NCBI GenBank assembly: GCA_977020255.1 | Contig: CDROCS010001889.1 | Coordinates: 310,001 to 374,000 of the forward strand | Direction of reading: 5' to 3' | DNA length: 64,000 bases | DNA from: Obrimoposthia wandeli | Lineage: Eukaryota | Shown here: positions 23,899 through 37,626 of the stretch, piece by piece | Numbering within the stretch: the first letter of the stretch is position 1 | How the letters are laid out: each line of letters starts with the position of its first letter | The notes under the pieces: generated by a model | Database searches by the model: none | Told to the model about the DNA's origin: nothing | What the model saw: only the letters and a program-made list of their open reading frames with translations | Made by a program: the position numbers and the translations under genes

Positions 23899-24296
23899 AG
23901 TAGTATATAGTGTCGGTACTAAACCAAAGGAACAACAAATGTATAGTCATTTTTTAGACAGAGTGTCCTTAAATGACTTAAATGGCTTAAATTGACTCAT
24001 CAAGTCTCAAAATCCTGCATACAACACCAAGTCAGGTCTGGTGTTGTATGCAAGATTTTGAGACTTGACAAATCACGCATACTACGCCAAAGGTAATAGG
24101 TCCTCCCCGGGGGTACCCTTTACTGCAAAACCATATTGGTGTTGTATGCAGGATATCGAGACCATTTTCAAATATCGCACTATATCTTACCGTTTAAAAC
24201 AAAAGTAGATTAAGTAGATTTTTAGTGATCAAAGTCTCCCTTGCGGAGCCTCCTAAGAGGGGAGCCCTTCATCCGAAAACCGGGCAGCACCTTTGG
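23899..24296 (+). mobile_element. Left TIR of a third element, same family as 20047-22650
   Basis: Starts AGTAGTATATAGTGTCGGTACTAA; colinear with 20047-20405, including the CCTCCTAAGAGGGGAGCC...CATCCGAA block; partner TIR not found. Confidence 0.75.
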
Positions 24297-25989
24297 CAAA
24301 GATTATATTTTATATTACTTTTGTTTATAGTAAACCTTAAAAAAAAATCATTTAAAATCTTGCAAATCGTTCAAAAGGATATTGATGTAATGAATGACAT
24401 TTTCAAAAAGATGAAAAGTTTTATAACTATTGGCAATAACATTTTTCATGGAAATGTTAATTTATTCAAAGACAAGTTTTGTACCGGCCTCAAATGGATA
24501 TTATATGTACAACATGTACAATATAAGGCGAAAAAAAGTTATGTTGTTTGAGAAAGTACGCTTTAAACTCTTAACTTAACGATATTAATAATATTTGATA
24601 GACTTTTACTTATATTGTACCAGTACTAAAATGCATTATATTGGATTGGTAGAAAGTTTTTTTTGCAAAATGTCAACAAAATAATTTGTGTTTACTTCAA
24701 TTATATTTCCTAATAATGAACTAATTATTTTATAACTATGTTGAAGAAATTCCTATCACATTTGGAAAAGAACTCTTTGACAAAGTTTTCATCTTCGTAA
24801 TTCATACAAAAACATTTTACTATTCAGACTATTTTGTGTAGACCAAAAATGTGGTATTTACTAGGTTCTATATCAGGAGAATTTTGTGGATGTTCCATTA
24901 ATCTCATTTGTAATGCTCGAAGGTGTTTACATATTTAAATTCTTACATGTATCCCAGCCTTATTTTGGGGTAACAAAACATTTTTTCATTTGATCACGAA
25001 GTCTTTTTTCATTTAAAGATTTTTCCATGTTGTATAACAAGGAAGAATTTATATTAGAATTAATCATTTAATTAACCTCCAATACCTTCTAGTATCTTAT
25101 TTTTTATCCCACTACACACAACATTACCTTATTAACAGTGAGGTTTTATTTTGCTTCAGTTTGAGGACTTTGATACCTTTCACAACTGTTTTTCTTGGGA
25201 TTATCAAATTTGATGCATTTTTACTCGGTGTTACTATTCTGTAAATATACTTATCTTTAGCATTTAGTCAAAATATTGATGCACGTACTTACCCGATCAA
25301 CAAAAGTTTTCTCACGTAACACATATGGAACTCTCATCGCATAATTTCTTTATCATGTCAATAGATTTTAAACCATCAATTATGCACAGAATAAACATTT
25401 AAATGTTAATGCCAATTATCTAACCGTTATATGTCTACCACTACGTACTGCGATTTTACAACTTATTTTGTCCAAAATCTTTGGTTCGAACATTTGTAAG
25501 CATTTTCATATCAAAAATATTTAACTTAATTTGAGGACCATATCTGTACTACACGAGAACTGACGAAATTTGTCCAAATACTTCATTTATTCTTAAATCG
25601 ATTTCATGATTTTTTGTACCTCTCTTAAATTCAAAGTATATAAAAGCCTTAAATCGGAGCTGATCGTTTTACATTATGTGAATGATTAAAATATTATAAC
25701 GTAAATTCATAAATTCACCTTTAGAATGTAATTCTAAATAAGTAAAATCACAAACTTTAGAGTTGATTTGAAGATAAAATAAAATTTCGGTTTTAATTAT
25801 GCAACAAACGCTTTTAACAAGCCAATATTATTAAATAAATAACAAACAAAAAAGATTTTTTATAATATTTTATATTAAAAACGGTAATCAATTGATCATA
25901 GGAAATATAGCGTATCTAAAGGAAGGTGAATGCGATAAATCGAGAGAGAGAGCATGTGTGTCGTATTTGTGGAAAGATCAAGGAAGTCG

Positions 25990-26130
25990 TCAGAAATCAA
26001 ATTCCTGTTCCACACTGGACAAACAGCACGCCATAATGCTCTGGAGCAGGGTTAGAACGCACATAAGTGCACCGACAAACAGCACTATGATGGTCTCCAC
26101 CTTGGTGTCGGTGGCCGTCAGACAACCAAT
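25990..26130 (-). CDS. Tetraspanin exon 6 (GC motif, TM4, stop)
   Basis: 141 nt ending in TGA. Confidence 0.95.
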   Translation of the reverse strand: MGCLTATDTKVETIIVLFVGALMCVLTLLQSIMACCLSSVEQEFDF

Positions 26131-29100
26131 CTGCACAAAACATCCATTTCTTAAACTGTGAAACTTTGACTATTGACAATTATAATCCACTTGAATAATA
26201 GTTTTAGTTAGAATTCATGTAAAATAATAAATTATTTAACGTTATTTAATACGATCATTTTTATTAATTTATTTTAGTTATAAGTAGTCGTATTCTGTCC
26301 ACGGAAGAAATATCTCTTTTGCACTAAAAATCTTTGAAATCATTCATTTTTTTAGACCCTCCATGCCTGTATAGTATCACAGAAATTTTACATAAATCAT
26401 TTAAAGCTAAATAAATATCCAAACTTATGTTATTTCTATTTGAATTAAACTTAAAGATTTCTGAATAATGTTCAGAGGTGAAAGTCTTATAAAGGTGAAA
26501 ATTGAGATGTTTTGTTTAAAATATATGATTTAAATATATATTGTCAATATTGTAAAATGTAAATCAAATCAAATAGTTACCTTAATAATACAATAAATTT
26601 AAATTTGTGATTAGAAGTTATAGAAAAGAAAAAGGAGTGCACCAAACAGAATTACCGTGTTCTATTATTGTAATATTGATGCATAACAAATTTCATGCAG
26701 CTGATATTTATAATTATTTCCTGAATACATGGGAAGGTATATTGCTAAATCCGGTACATAGACTTATGCAGGAATTATGTCTTGACTCATGACAACACTT
26801 TCTTTCAAAGGAGTCACGAAAAGACCAACACCATATTCACCTTACATAAATCTCGATAATTTCTGACTATTTTGCAATCTTATCGAAACTTATCAAAAAA
26901 TCCGAGTAGATTGAATCGTGTATGCAGTTAGACTTCATATTCGTATTTTATTTTTGAAATTTATTCTTAAATTTCTACTTTTTAACTTAATATTTCATGA
27001 TTTTACAATTAAAAAATTGTTTATAATATCATATATATTTATTTCAATTCATTTTATTTGGATTGTATAAATTTATGTTTTGTATTGTAATATATATGTG
27101 CGAAATGAAATACTTTAAATGAACAGAATGAAAAAATTCAATGCCGTTATATTATTACATTTTTCATCAATCAGTTGTCTACAATCTGTAATTAGTAATA
27201 AATTATTATTTAACCCGTACAATTTTAATATATGAATGCCATTGGGCAAAAATAAAATCGATAAAATTATAGTACAATTGTATTAAAAATGATGAATTTT
27301 CAATACGAACAATCAGAGCTTTCCAGAAGGAATTTAAATGTCACCGAACTCCTTTTAATAATTCAAAGGTATGTCGAGTTATCAAGAAATGGAACGAAGT
27401 ATTGATAACAGTAAAAAGACGAATTGGAAGTGGGCGACCAAAATTATTCAAAGATAATGGTGATCTTATAAAGGAAATGACTAAAAATCAAATGGCCAAA
27501 TCTCTTCCAAACATCGGTTTCCAAAGTTGCACAGGCTAAGTGCTCTAGGTCAACAGCGTTTAGAATGCTACATGAAATTATCTTCAAGCCTTATAAACCA
27601 CAGAAAGTCCAACAATTACAACGGCAGGATTATGAAGCTTGTGTAAATTTTGCAGAATGGGCATTGGCCAACATTATTTATACAGTTCTGAGGAAGTGTG
27701 TGGTCAGACAGTCCAGCTACTTTTTTGGTTGAAAAGCCTCTTTATCCTCAGAAAGTTTTAGTCTGATGCAGTTTTGTGGATAGTAAAAACCTTACTTTTT
27801 TGAAGGGACTCTAAATGAACAACGATATATTCAAATGCTACAGAATCATGTAATACCGCAGCTAAGGAAAGAGAGAATTTTATCGAAAATTGTATTTCAA
27901 CAAGATGGAGCTCCTCCTCATTTATCAACTGAAGACAAAGATTTTATTTTAAAAAAACGTTTAAATCAGGTCGTGTCATTAGCAGATATTTTGAAAACAC
28001 TTGACCTGGTCATTCACCAGATCTAACCCCAATGGACTTTTTATTTTTGGGTCACCTTAAATATAAGGTTTATAAAAACAAAATTGATAGCTTACAACAA
28101 CTTCGAGAAACAATTGCAATTTGTTTTTTTTAATATTGGTACTTGGTGTTTTAGAGGAGCTTCGGCGAGGATTACTTAAATGGGCTCACTAGTTTATTTT
28201 TTTTCTTTAGTCTCTTTATTTATGTGTATAAGGTCTCATAAAATTTTGTGGTTGTGTTTGTCTTTGGAGTTAAAACTTTATTGTGTCTTAGTATTAATAT
28301 TATTTTGAAAAGATAACCACGCCAACCCACAAATAATAAGGTATTTTGTGGTTAAAATTTTAAGTTCTTTTTTTCTTTATTTATCTATTATTAGTCAAAT
28401 GTATAATGTCAAATGTCGTGAACATTGATGAATATATGTTAAAAAAGTTGTGAAATCTGTTCCCAAACGTTTGTAGTATATTAAATCCCAAAATGGTGGA
28501 CATGTTGAAATTTTTTTAGTTTAATGTAATATTGCGGTTTTTAATATTGTTAATTCGTTGTTGTTTAATAATATATATTTGTGTCTATAATTTCATTTAA
28601 AGTGTTGCATTTTTTTTAAAACGCACTATATATATATATATATTATTACTGAATGTAAATTAAGGTCGTTAGTGGTGTTTTCTTATGTTACCTTGTTATA
28701 GCCAGTTCCTTCGGTACAGTTGTCTGAGCTGCAACAGCAAGATACTGGTATGGGAATCATCATCTTCGAGTAATCATCAGTTCCATTCAGACCACAGCAA
28801 TAGTTCTAAAATACAAAAGATATAAAGTAAAGCATACAACGCATGAAAGAAATAATGTAGAGTTGAAAGGAAGAAATGTTCAAAAAAAATTATTTTCAAT
28901 CTTTCAGGGATTTTTATTGCAAACACTTGGTAGAAATATTTGATCTAAATAAATAGTAATTATTCAGCTAACTCTTTTTTTCCAAAAAATATTGAAAAGT
29001 TAAATGTATACTTTGATGTAAAATAATAGTATTAAATTACACACAAAGTATTATATAAAATTAAGATTTTTCTAAATATACCAGTTTCAACTCTGGTACA

Positions 29101-32100
29101 AATTTTCACAATTTTAATTATTTTAATTTTAGCTAATGTTGGGGTGTCGAATCCAAATTTAGCTTCATATTTTGTAAATCACATCACATATTTCAGATCT
29201 GAAATCTTGAATTTTCACAAGAAAAGCAATTTTATGCTCACAACAGGAGAATTAAATATACATAGATACAAAATTTATCGAGTTGTACCATAAAGTTGTG
29301 AGAGTGAATGCTCCTTAGCATGTAATTATTAATTGTTAACATAACAAAATATGAAAAAAAGTCTATTTATTGTGGTTACTGCAAAAATTCCGCTTCTTAG
29401 GCATTCTTTGATGAATATCTTCTGGAATATCTCTCAATAAGTCACATCAGCCTTGCTAATGTTCTCCCATTACATTAATGTCTTGATCAAAACGCTCACT
29501 TTGCTTTTCCATCATATAACCAAGATTATCTCTGAACTCGCCCAAATGATCTTTGTACATTTAAGTTCTTACTAACTCATGAACATATGCTCTACAATCT
29601 CGGGATAGTTGTCAGCTTTACTGTTCTCCGGGAAATTATTCACCACCATCAGAGAATGCATTCCAAGCTCTAGTCTTAGCCACAGTCATTATCGTAACAA
29701 AGTGTGAATCCCTGCAGGATGTTCTTATATGAGGTACATCAAATATTCCAAACTTTTTCTTCTTGTCACTGAGACTTGAAAATGTTTAACACTCACACAG
29801 ACACACACATATATATATAATATGTCCAGTGAGGGAAAGACAATGTTTTCTTATAATACAGATACTCATCAGTGTTGTTTTTGTCACCAGGCTTCAAACT
29901 CTTTATTTGTGGATATTTCTTTGTTACCTAATAGTCTACTTTAGGCCTACTGTCACAGTAACACATGAAACAGAAGATTTGTTGTAACATATTTGCTGAC
30001 CCAGCAGAAAGATCAACATTTTCAAATTCAACCAAATTAACCATCCATAAATATATATTGCAAGATCTCCAGAACAAACTTCTTTCATTTTTTACAGTAT
30101 GCTTTTTTGGTATTGAACCATTCATATTTCCATTGTGAAGTAAATCACGTTACAAGGTCATTTTTAGAACTATCGATAAAAAGTTTACACTCACTTGAAT
30201 CATATGCAGATAGTCCAATAGTGAAATGAAGCCCTTCAACATTATTACTATAAATGAACGGACCATATGAATGGAAGTTCTTCTTCATTCACTAAAAAGG
30301 TGAAAAGGTCAAAGAAAGTCAAACAGTATGTGGTTGTAAAACAAGATTATGCATGAAAATGTTAGTTAAGATCAATATGCATACTACAATTTACAGCAAA
30401 TAATGGTGAAAAGTTAATTTTTTTTTAAAATACCGATAGCACAAAATGTGATGTGATAGATCAAACCTGATTTAATATTTGGTTTCAGCATCACAAAAAT
30501 AGTCTAAATCTTTTGTTCATGCCAGATCCAAAAATCCTAATTGTTAACCAGTGTTATGAATATTCTTTTAATAACTTCAATAATAAAGTTGATAAATAAT
30601 TGTATTTAAAATTATTTACAAAAATAAATTTACATATATAAAAGTATTCATTGAAATAGAATACTGAACTTAAAAAAACTCACTTCTTTTTCCACTTTGC
30701 TAAACTTCAACTTGTGGTGAATTGTATCATTTGAGTTATCCAGTACGTTTAATGATTCATTGAATATATTCTTTAACCGTTCTCTTGAATGATATTGAAC
30801 CTAAATAACCGATTCAATTATAAATGTAAAAATATTTTTAATTTTACTTAGGTTTCAATTATTTATATTCTTAATATATTACTAAATACCAGTTTTTAAA
30901 ATCATTTGAAATAATGAAATTTTGTGAACATTAGTGCATCGTTGAATGTTTTAAGAAGTTTATAATTTGTAGGTTTAACATTTCACTATGGATTTGTTTA
31001 TTTTATATAGTGATCGACTATGTTCCCATGTATCTTATATTACAGGGGTGTTTTTCTGTTTCATCACTATCTAAATGATAGAAAACTCAATGATATTTAG
31101 CCCTTTATTCCTAAGTTAGGATATGGATAATGACATCTTTAAATAAAAAAAGAAAATTTCTATTGGTATATAATAATAGACAAGCTCACATTGACTAGAA
31201 TATCCCTGTAACTGGTATTAACTACTATGCATTGTTTCGTGCTGTGTAAATTAATATAAGTTGTTTTATACCTATATTGGAAGTTAAGGGTTAAGAAGAT
31301 TATGTACCATTAAATCATTTCGAAATAAAATAATATTTTACAAATCAAGCCAATAATACACATCATTTTTATGCTCACCTACACATTTTAAATTTCCAAT
31401 TGTTCTACTTGTTTGATGCTCTAACTTCACAAAGACAAATTCGAAAGAGCGAATACAAAAAGCAGATAAGTTAAAAAGAATGAAACTATGACTGAAACAT
31501 TTATAAAAGAAAATACAGTTAAACAAAACGCCCTTTATTCTTAATCAACACAAAGAGATAAACGTGAAATAAACGAAATATATCGTTCTTTGATCACAAT
31601 ACACTGAATTAATCGAATTGAGTCAAACATTGTCATTATTTGTTTTCCTTTTAAATTTCACATAATTTAATCTCTTAAATAATAATGATGATGTTTGTAA
31701 CTATCTGTTGTACAAGCTAAATTATATAGATTAAAAAAATGTATTTTTCATCTAAAATTCTAAAATTTTACGCTGAAAAGTGATTGGCTTTTGCAATAAA
31801 AAAATGCTAAGAGTAAAAATATATAAAAATGTTAAAGTATAATTTAACAACATTTAAAAATGAAGAAACTTCCATACGAACGAGAATATTTTGAGCTGTA
31901 ACTTACACATATCAAGTAGATGTTGATTACAGTCATAGGAGAGTTTTTTAAAATAATGGAAAATTCAATTTTAAAAAAAATATGAATCATAGCTCAAGAT
32001 TGTTTAATTTTAATCGATTCAGACCGGATGTAACCATGTCGTAATACAAAAGATGGCCAATGTTACAAAGTAATAAATAAAAGATAACCAATTAAATTAA

Positions 32101-34160
32101 TAAAATGTTTACGTATGTCACTTTAAGCGTCAACCTTAAGCATTTTAGTTGTTTATAAGTGCATTTAATTTCGAATAGATTTGTTGTCTCTTTGAGATGC
32201 GTCTTGTTCAATAAAGAAATTCGTTATTTCACATAAGTCATGGTATATAACGCGAAAAGAGAGTAATTACAAAGTCGTAAATATTTATCATCTTTATAAT
32301 GTTAAAAGCATAAATATGCAACTATATAACTTGCAGATTATGTTATATCAGTTTCAGTTTTAGAAATTGTTTTCAAAATATTCGCAAATAATAATTACCT
32401 CTTCTCTAACTGATATGACAGTTATGGAAATAATACATTGGTAGATGAGAAGAATGAACACCAGCACCGCATACTATAATGTAATCTAATCAATTAAATC
32501 AAATCTTGAAAATATATCTTCTTTAATAATTTCTTTACTCGTTAATGTCAATTTGATATAAAACAAATATGTTTAATCCGTTTTAATTGTCGACAACTAT
32601 TTGAGAAAGTAGGGTATACAATTACGAGAAAAGTCTGCTTGTAAAATCTTAATATAGCTTCAGGGAGATGTTTTGTTTATTAAAGCTTTTATAGTAATGT
32701 TATTTAACATGTATTTATTGTGAACAATGTACAAATAGACTGCGGTTAATTTAAGATTAATCAAAAGATAAATAGTTAAGGGTTTTGTTAAATTCATGTC
32801 TGTAGAGAAATATTTTTGTGAAAATTTACAAAATAAAATAGATTTTATACCGTAATGGATAAATGAGATAATATAGAATTTCTTTATTTTTGATCAAACA
32901 AGTCCTTTTAGCTTTTTAAAAAGATAAATTTAATACAAAATTATTAGACTGCTACATAGTTACATCTATCATATAGATAAATATACTAAATGACTATTAT
33001 ATAGCAATGATAACATAAATTGGCTTTCAATTGAATATGATGTCTTTGATCGTAATAAAAAATCAACATCAACTCGAACTTTGCTTAAATTTTGTGTATT
33101 TATATTAAAAAATAAGATTCGATGTTTGATTAAAAAATTATATTTATTTCAAAAGTAAGATTAAAAGAATATACGAAAATGATATTAAAAACGTGACAAA
33201 AAAAGCTGTGTCAGTTAAAAATTCTTTTTGAAAGTGTGAAAATCAAATTGTATCTATAAAATTTAACAACTGTTAAAAGATTTAAATATAGATTTTAATT
33301 GAAAACTAAGAGTATTTTTCTCATAAAATAAAGACAATAGAATAAATTATATTTTTTATATATTATTTGAGCGGAATTTTAATTGAAAATGTTAGTATAA
33401 TTTTTATCTTTGTTCTCAGATTTTATATGGATTTTAACTTGACGATTTAAAACAATTTCATTTTATAAGTATGATTATTCCACATTATTTTATTTAAAAT
33501 ATCTTGGAAATAAATTTTATAATGATCAATAAAGTAAATAAACAATAAAATAATTAAAATATAAATAAAATTGTGATTTTTCGTTATATAAGCATTAAAA
33601 TTAACACTTCACTGAATTACAATTTAGCATTAACCAAAATAAAGTATTTACAAACAAAATTTACACTTTTAAAACGCACCAAAATTAGTCTATCAATTTT
33701 TAAATATTTTTTCTAGTTTTGAATAACAATTTATTTAACGAATTATAAAATAACTACCTTTTTAGTTTGATGTACGTAAATTTGAATACAGATACTATTT
33801 TAACGTCATACAATATTAAAATCCATATAAAATCCATAGATATAATAAAAATATGAAGGTAGAAATGATCTTACAGATTTAAGATAGAATTTGTTCCCGG
33901 TCAATGCTGCGAAGGTGCCGCAAACTGATAGTATAATGTTGATGCAGCCGGCAGCAAGTATAGTTATATTGATGGCATTATGCTTGCTGAGAATGTACTC
34001 TGGGTAATGATCCGTATACGTTTTATCTTGAGCCCAGACGATTACACAAAATATACCTATCAGCTGTAACTCCGATAATGTATGCTTATAAAATAAATCT
34101 AACCAGAAATATAAAATTGAAACAAATAAAGCAAATTTTGATTGATTTACGTCCACACAT
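25990..34160 (-). CDS. Tetraspanin, 6 exons, 230 aa
   Basis: All GT-AG phase-0 junctions give an open frame: MCGRKSIKICFICFNFIFL / LIGIFCVIVWAQD...NKFYLKS / YAVLVFILLIYQCIISITVISVREE / VQYHSRERL...KVEKE / NYCCGLNG...PVSCCCSSDNCTEGTGYNK / IGCLT...IMACCLSSVEQEFDF*. Four TM segments; CCG and PxSCC motifs. Confidence 0.95.
26580..26800 (+). mobile_element. Possible MULE transposase remnant
   Basis: DIYNYFLNTWEG resembles the MULE F-x-x-YF-x-x-TW motif; very decayed. Confidence 0.35.
27290..28630 (+). mobile_element. Tc1/mariner-superfamily transposon remnant (tetraspanin intron 5)
   Basis: IVFQQDGAPPH; a SPDLNPMDF-like segment followed by GHLKYKVY; terminal QNGGHVE. Confidence 0.9.
28692..28805 (-). 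CDS. Tetraspanin exon 5 (CCG / PxSCC)
   Basis: 114 nt. Confidence 0.95.
29060..30570 (-). mobile_element. Decayed DNA transposon (tetraspanin intron 4), superfamily uncertain
   Basis: CFMCYCDSRPK and HLGEFRDNLGYMMEKQSERFDQDINVM match the widespread CFLCxWDSR / HSHLDFFPENLGAVSDEQGERFHQDI transposase pattern; inverted subterminal motifs at ~29130-29195 and ~30440-30505. Confidence 0.75.
30684..30800 (-). CDS. Tetraspanin exon 4 (large-loop helices)
   Basis: 117 nt, TTTAG acceptor and GTGAGT donor. Confidence 0.85.
32399..32473 (-). CDS. Tetraspanin exon 3 (TM3)
   Basis: 75 nt, YAVLVFILLIYQCIISITVISVREE. Confidence 0.9.
33875..34063 (-). CDS. Tetraspanin exon 2 (TM1 end, small loop, TM2)
   Basis: 189 nt, AG/GT bounded. 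Confidence 0.95.
34104..34160 (-). CDS. Tetraspanin exon 1
   Basis: 57 nt, ATG at 34160, followed by a 40-nt intron. Confidence 0.9.
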
Positions 34161-35784
34161 TGGTCAGAGTAAAAAATTATAAAATTGGTTAATGATAAAT
34201 ATTTGCTTGGAAGTATTGAAATGCATGCGTTTTGTGTGTGAGTCTTATACTTTGGATTTATAAAGAGAATATTTAAAGTGATAAATAGAAACAATGTACA
34301 TATTGAGTGTGCTCTTAGTATTTTAAATTAAATAAATAATAGAAAGATTGAATTTATTTTACTGAACTTCTTTTCAATTAAAACGTATATTTATTATTTT
34401 ATATGTTATATAATTTAAATAAAATTGTAAATGTGCATACATCGTCTAAGCTCATTATTAGAAGTCAAGGAATGATAGTACAAAGGTTTGGATTTGTTCT
34501 GAACACTTGTAATGACGTTTTGTAAACTTATTTTAAATACTAATTAAAATTTTGTTATTTCAAAATAAAATTTTAATTTGACAACATTCAAATATTTCAA
34601 GTATTTAAAAGATTTGATAAACTGTGTTAAATTTTTAAAATGTAAATTAACTACTTGTCAAACTTTTTAAACGTGTATTTTTATTGTTCTAATAAATGAA
34701 TTAAAATGATATTCAAAAGAAAAGTTGTCATCTAATTTAAGCTTACATTTATTGGATTAGTTATCTTGAATTTGTATTCAATTTTTTATTTTAATAAATG
34801 AATAATTTTGTCTATTAATAGATTAAACTCTCATACTTGGTCGGTGACCCATATGCTGTCTTAAACTGTTATTTATAATTGTTTATTTCATTTTACTGTT
34901 TTCAATTTTTCTTTTATTTCAATACATTATTATTTATTTTAAAATTCAGTGCTTTGTTTGAGAAAAAAAACGCTATCAAATTGATGTATTTGTTCTTTTA
35001 TTTTTGCACGTTCAAGGCTCATCACAATCTTTGTGAAATTTGTACAGTGAATAGGATTATGTGTTCTTATTCAGATCTATTGTAAGTCAAATTTGATTCA
35101 AACAATCCAAAACCAACCTGCATTTTGACAATCCAGTGCGACGAGACCTAAATAACAAATATATTTGTTTTCCAGTAGAACTGTTCAACATAAATATAAA
35201 GAAACAGTACACACCATATAAATAAGTCGCTGCCACAAAGTCAGATTGGTAGAGGAAAGCCTTCCTAATACAATTGATAATAGGAACGATATATTATACC
35301 AAATATGAGCATATACTAAATAATTTAAAAAGAATCAATAGGAGACAAGTCTAGTGCTACATTGGATTGATTCTCCAAGTTACCCAATATGTTTTAGTTT
35401 CACTGAAAATACAAATCATTAAATATCTTTGTAAAATTTATTTTCACTGTTTCCGCTTTACAAATGCATATTTGATTTTGAAACTATTTTCAGAGCTGTA
35501 CTTTCAGATTTAGCAATTTAGTGAAAACTTGTTTCAGACTATTCATGACGACAGGTTACACAATGGGAATAAAATAAACCGTACCCAGATTAATTTTCCA
35601 TTTATGATGTCTGGAACCACAGGCCAGAACATCTATTAAAATTAATAGGGGAAAGGATCTTGATCTAATTGGGAAAAATAATAATATTTCTATATTACTT
35701 TTTTCGAATATTTTTAAAGCTGTTTAAATACATTTGTTCGATAAATTTATTTACTTCAAACTAAAGAATAACACTTTATACTAT

Positions 35785-37626
35785 TGTTGGGGTTTTCTTT
35801 AAACTTTTAGAATCCTCGTACAGAGGCCCCAATGTGAGTTTTGTGAATTATTTAGTGAGTTCCTACCTGTTCTAGTTTCTGGAGATTTTTTTGATTTGTT
35901 AAAATATTGTGTACAGGATAACTTGAATTTTCTAAAACTATTGTTGTGTTGTTTGGGGCTGAATTTATAAGCCGATTAGGCCAAATTTTATTTTATATTC
36001 AAAATTAGTCTGACAAAGCCAATACCAGAAATAGGCAAAATTAAGCTGGACTCAATCATGGCCGACAATAACCCTCTGAATATGACAGGACTTAGATTAT
36101 CGTCTCACAGGTTAATTCTTGGCTTTGTACAGTTATCCTAGTTGCTATCGAATTACGTCGACCTATCTGAATTCGTAGGTTGTTCCTTTACAAGTCTTAT
36201 GCTAAAGCTTTGCATTTAATTTATCGATTTATTAATATAACAACGTGGATACTAGTTCTTTACAGAGAATTTCTAGAAGCAATTACTAATTATCTATTTG
36301 AGAATCTATAAAACAATTATGAATTATCCACTGTAGAATCCAAAAAGGAAACAGTTACTAATTTTCGAATGGAGAATTTATAAGCAAACTAACGGTGACA
36401 CTCTATATGTTTGTAACCAATTTTGCCTTTCACAAATACGTTATGAATTCGCGTTTAATTCTATCAAATACTCAATTATTAACTTTATAGATAATTACAA
36501 AGGTTTTTCACTTTATAATTCAATATATTTCCAAGAGATTTAAACTTATATCATATGTTCTTTCTCACTATTACACTCACTATGTAGTTCTGAAAGATGT
36601 TGTCAAATTGATCAGTCTTCTTTTGTTCTCTAATACGTTGTCCTATGGTTCGATTCAAATTCTTCAGATTTCCTTTGTACTCTAATATGCAGTCATTTAA
36701 TACGCAGTCCTCTGATACGCTGTCCTCCAATACACAGTCATATGCTTCAATTCTTCTAGCTCGATCGTAATTCAGTATATTTCCAAGAGATTTTAACTTT
36801 ATTTTATGTTATTTCTCACTATTGGTTCTGGAAGATGTTGTCCAATTGATCAGTCTCATTTTGTCCTCTAATACGCAGTCCTCAGATACGCAGTCCTCTG
36901 ATACGCAGTCCTCCAATACACAGTCATATGCTTCAATTCTCCTAACTCGGTCCTAATTCAAGAGATTTAAACTTTATTTTATGTTATTTCTCACTATTGG
37001 TTCTGGAAGATGTTGTCCAATTGATCAGTCTCATTTTGTCCTCTAATACGCAGTCCTCAGATACGCAGTCCTTCCATACTCAGTCTTCCAATACGCTTCT
37101 TCCAGCTTGCTCCCAATCAGTTTTCATCCTATTTTCCCCGATTTAGTTTCTAGAATTAAGCAGTTTGCGAAATAAATCGATCGCATTATATTCTTAGTTG
37201 ATCGGTGAATAAATCTCGAGGCTGGGTGCTGTCATGACAAGATCGCGATGTTTCTGCGCAGCTAATTCGTCGAACTGGGCTTTTATTGGCGGGATACCAC
37301 TGCAGCTAATTTGTTGAATTGGGTCATAATCATCCATTATCTGCTGCTGTCAATGGTGACTAAATGTCCCTGACTTTCACCGATAATTGTGATGTCGCCC
37401 TCTCGAGTTTTCGCTCCAATCTTCCACGGCACTTTTTCCCATTTCCCCCTTAGATATAAATACATTTTCCTGACCTTTTCGAGGTTCTAAATTATGTAGT
37501 TTTCATTTTAAATTAATAAATTATTTATTTTAATTTTATTATTTTATAACCTTTAATTTAGAAGATTTTTTATTCAGTCTAAATTCTTATTTTATTATTT
37601 AAAAATCATTTTTTCTAATACTAACA
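35785..37626. mobile_element. 1.84-kb solo-LTR-like element with 4-bp TSD (CTAT), related to 5035-7124
   Basis: TGTTGGGGTTT...ACTAACA; CTAT at 35781-35784 and 37627-37630; first ~70 bp similar to the 5035 element; internal ~190-bp duplication and 14-bp ATACGCAGTCCTC repeats. Confidence 0.85.

Noticed and set aside
31380-31509. Candidate tetraspanin exon with AG/GT ends
   Set aside because: Phase-incompatible and not tetraspanin-like; exon 30684-30800 completes the protein.
33806-34294. 162-aa ORF as a single-exon gene
   Set aside because: It is tetraspanin exon 2 read through flanking intron sequence; the true start is at 34160 in another frame.
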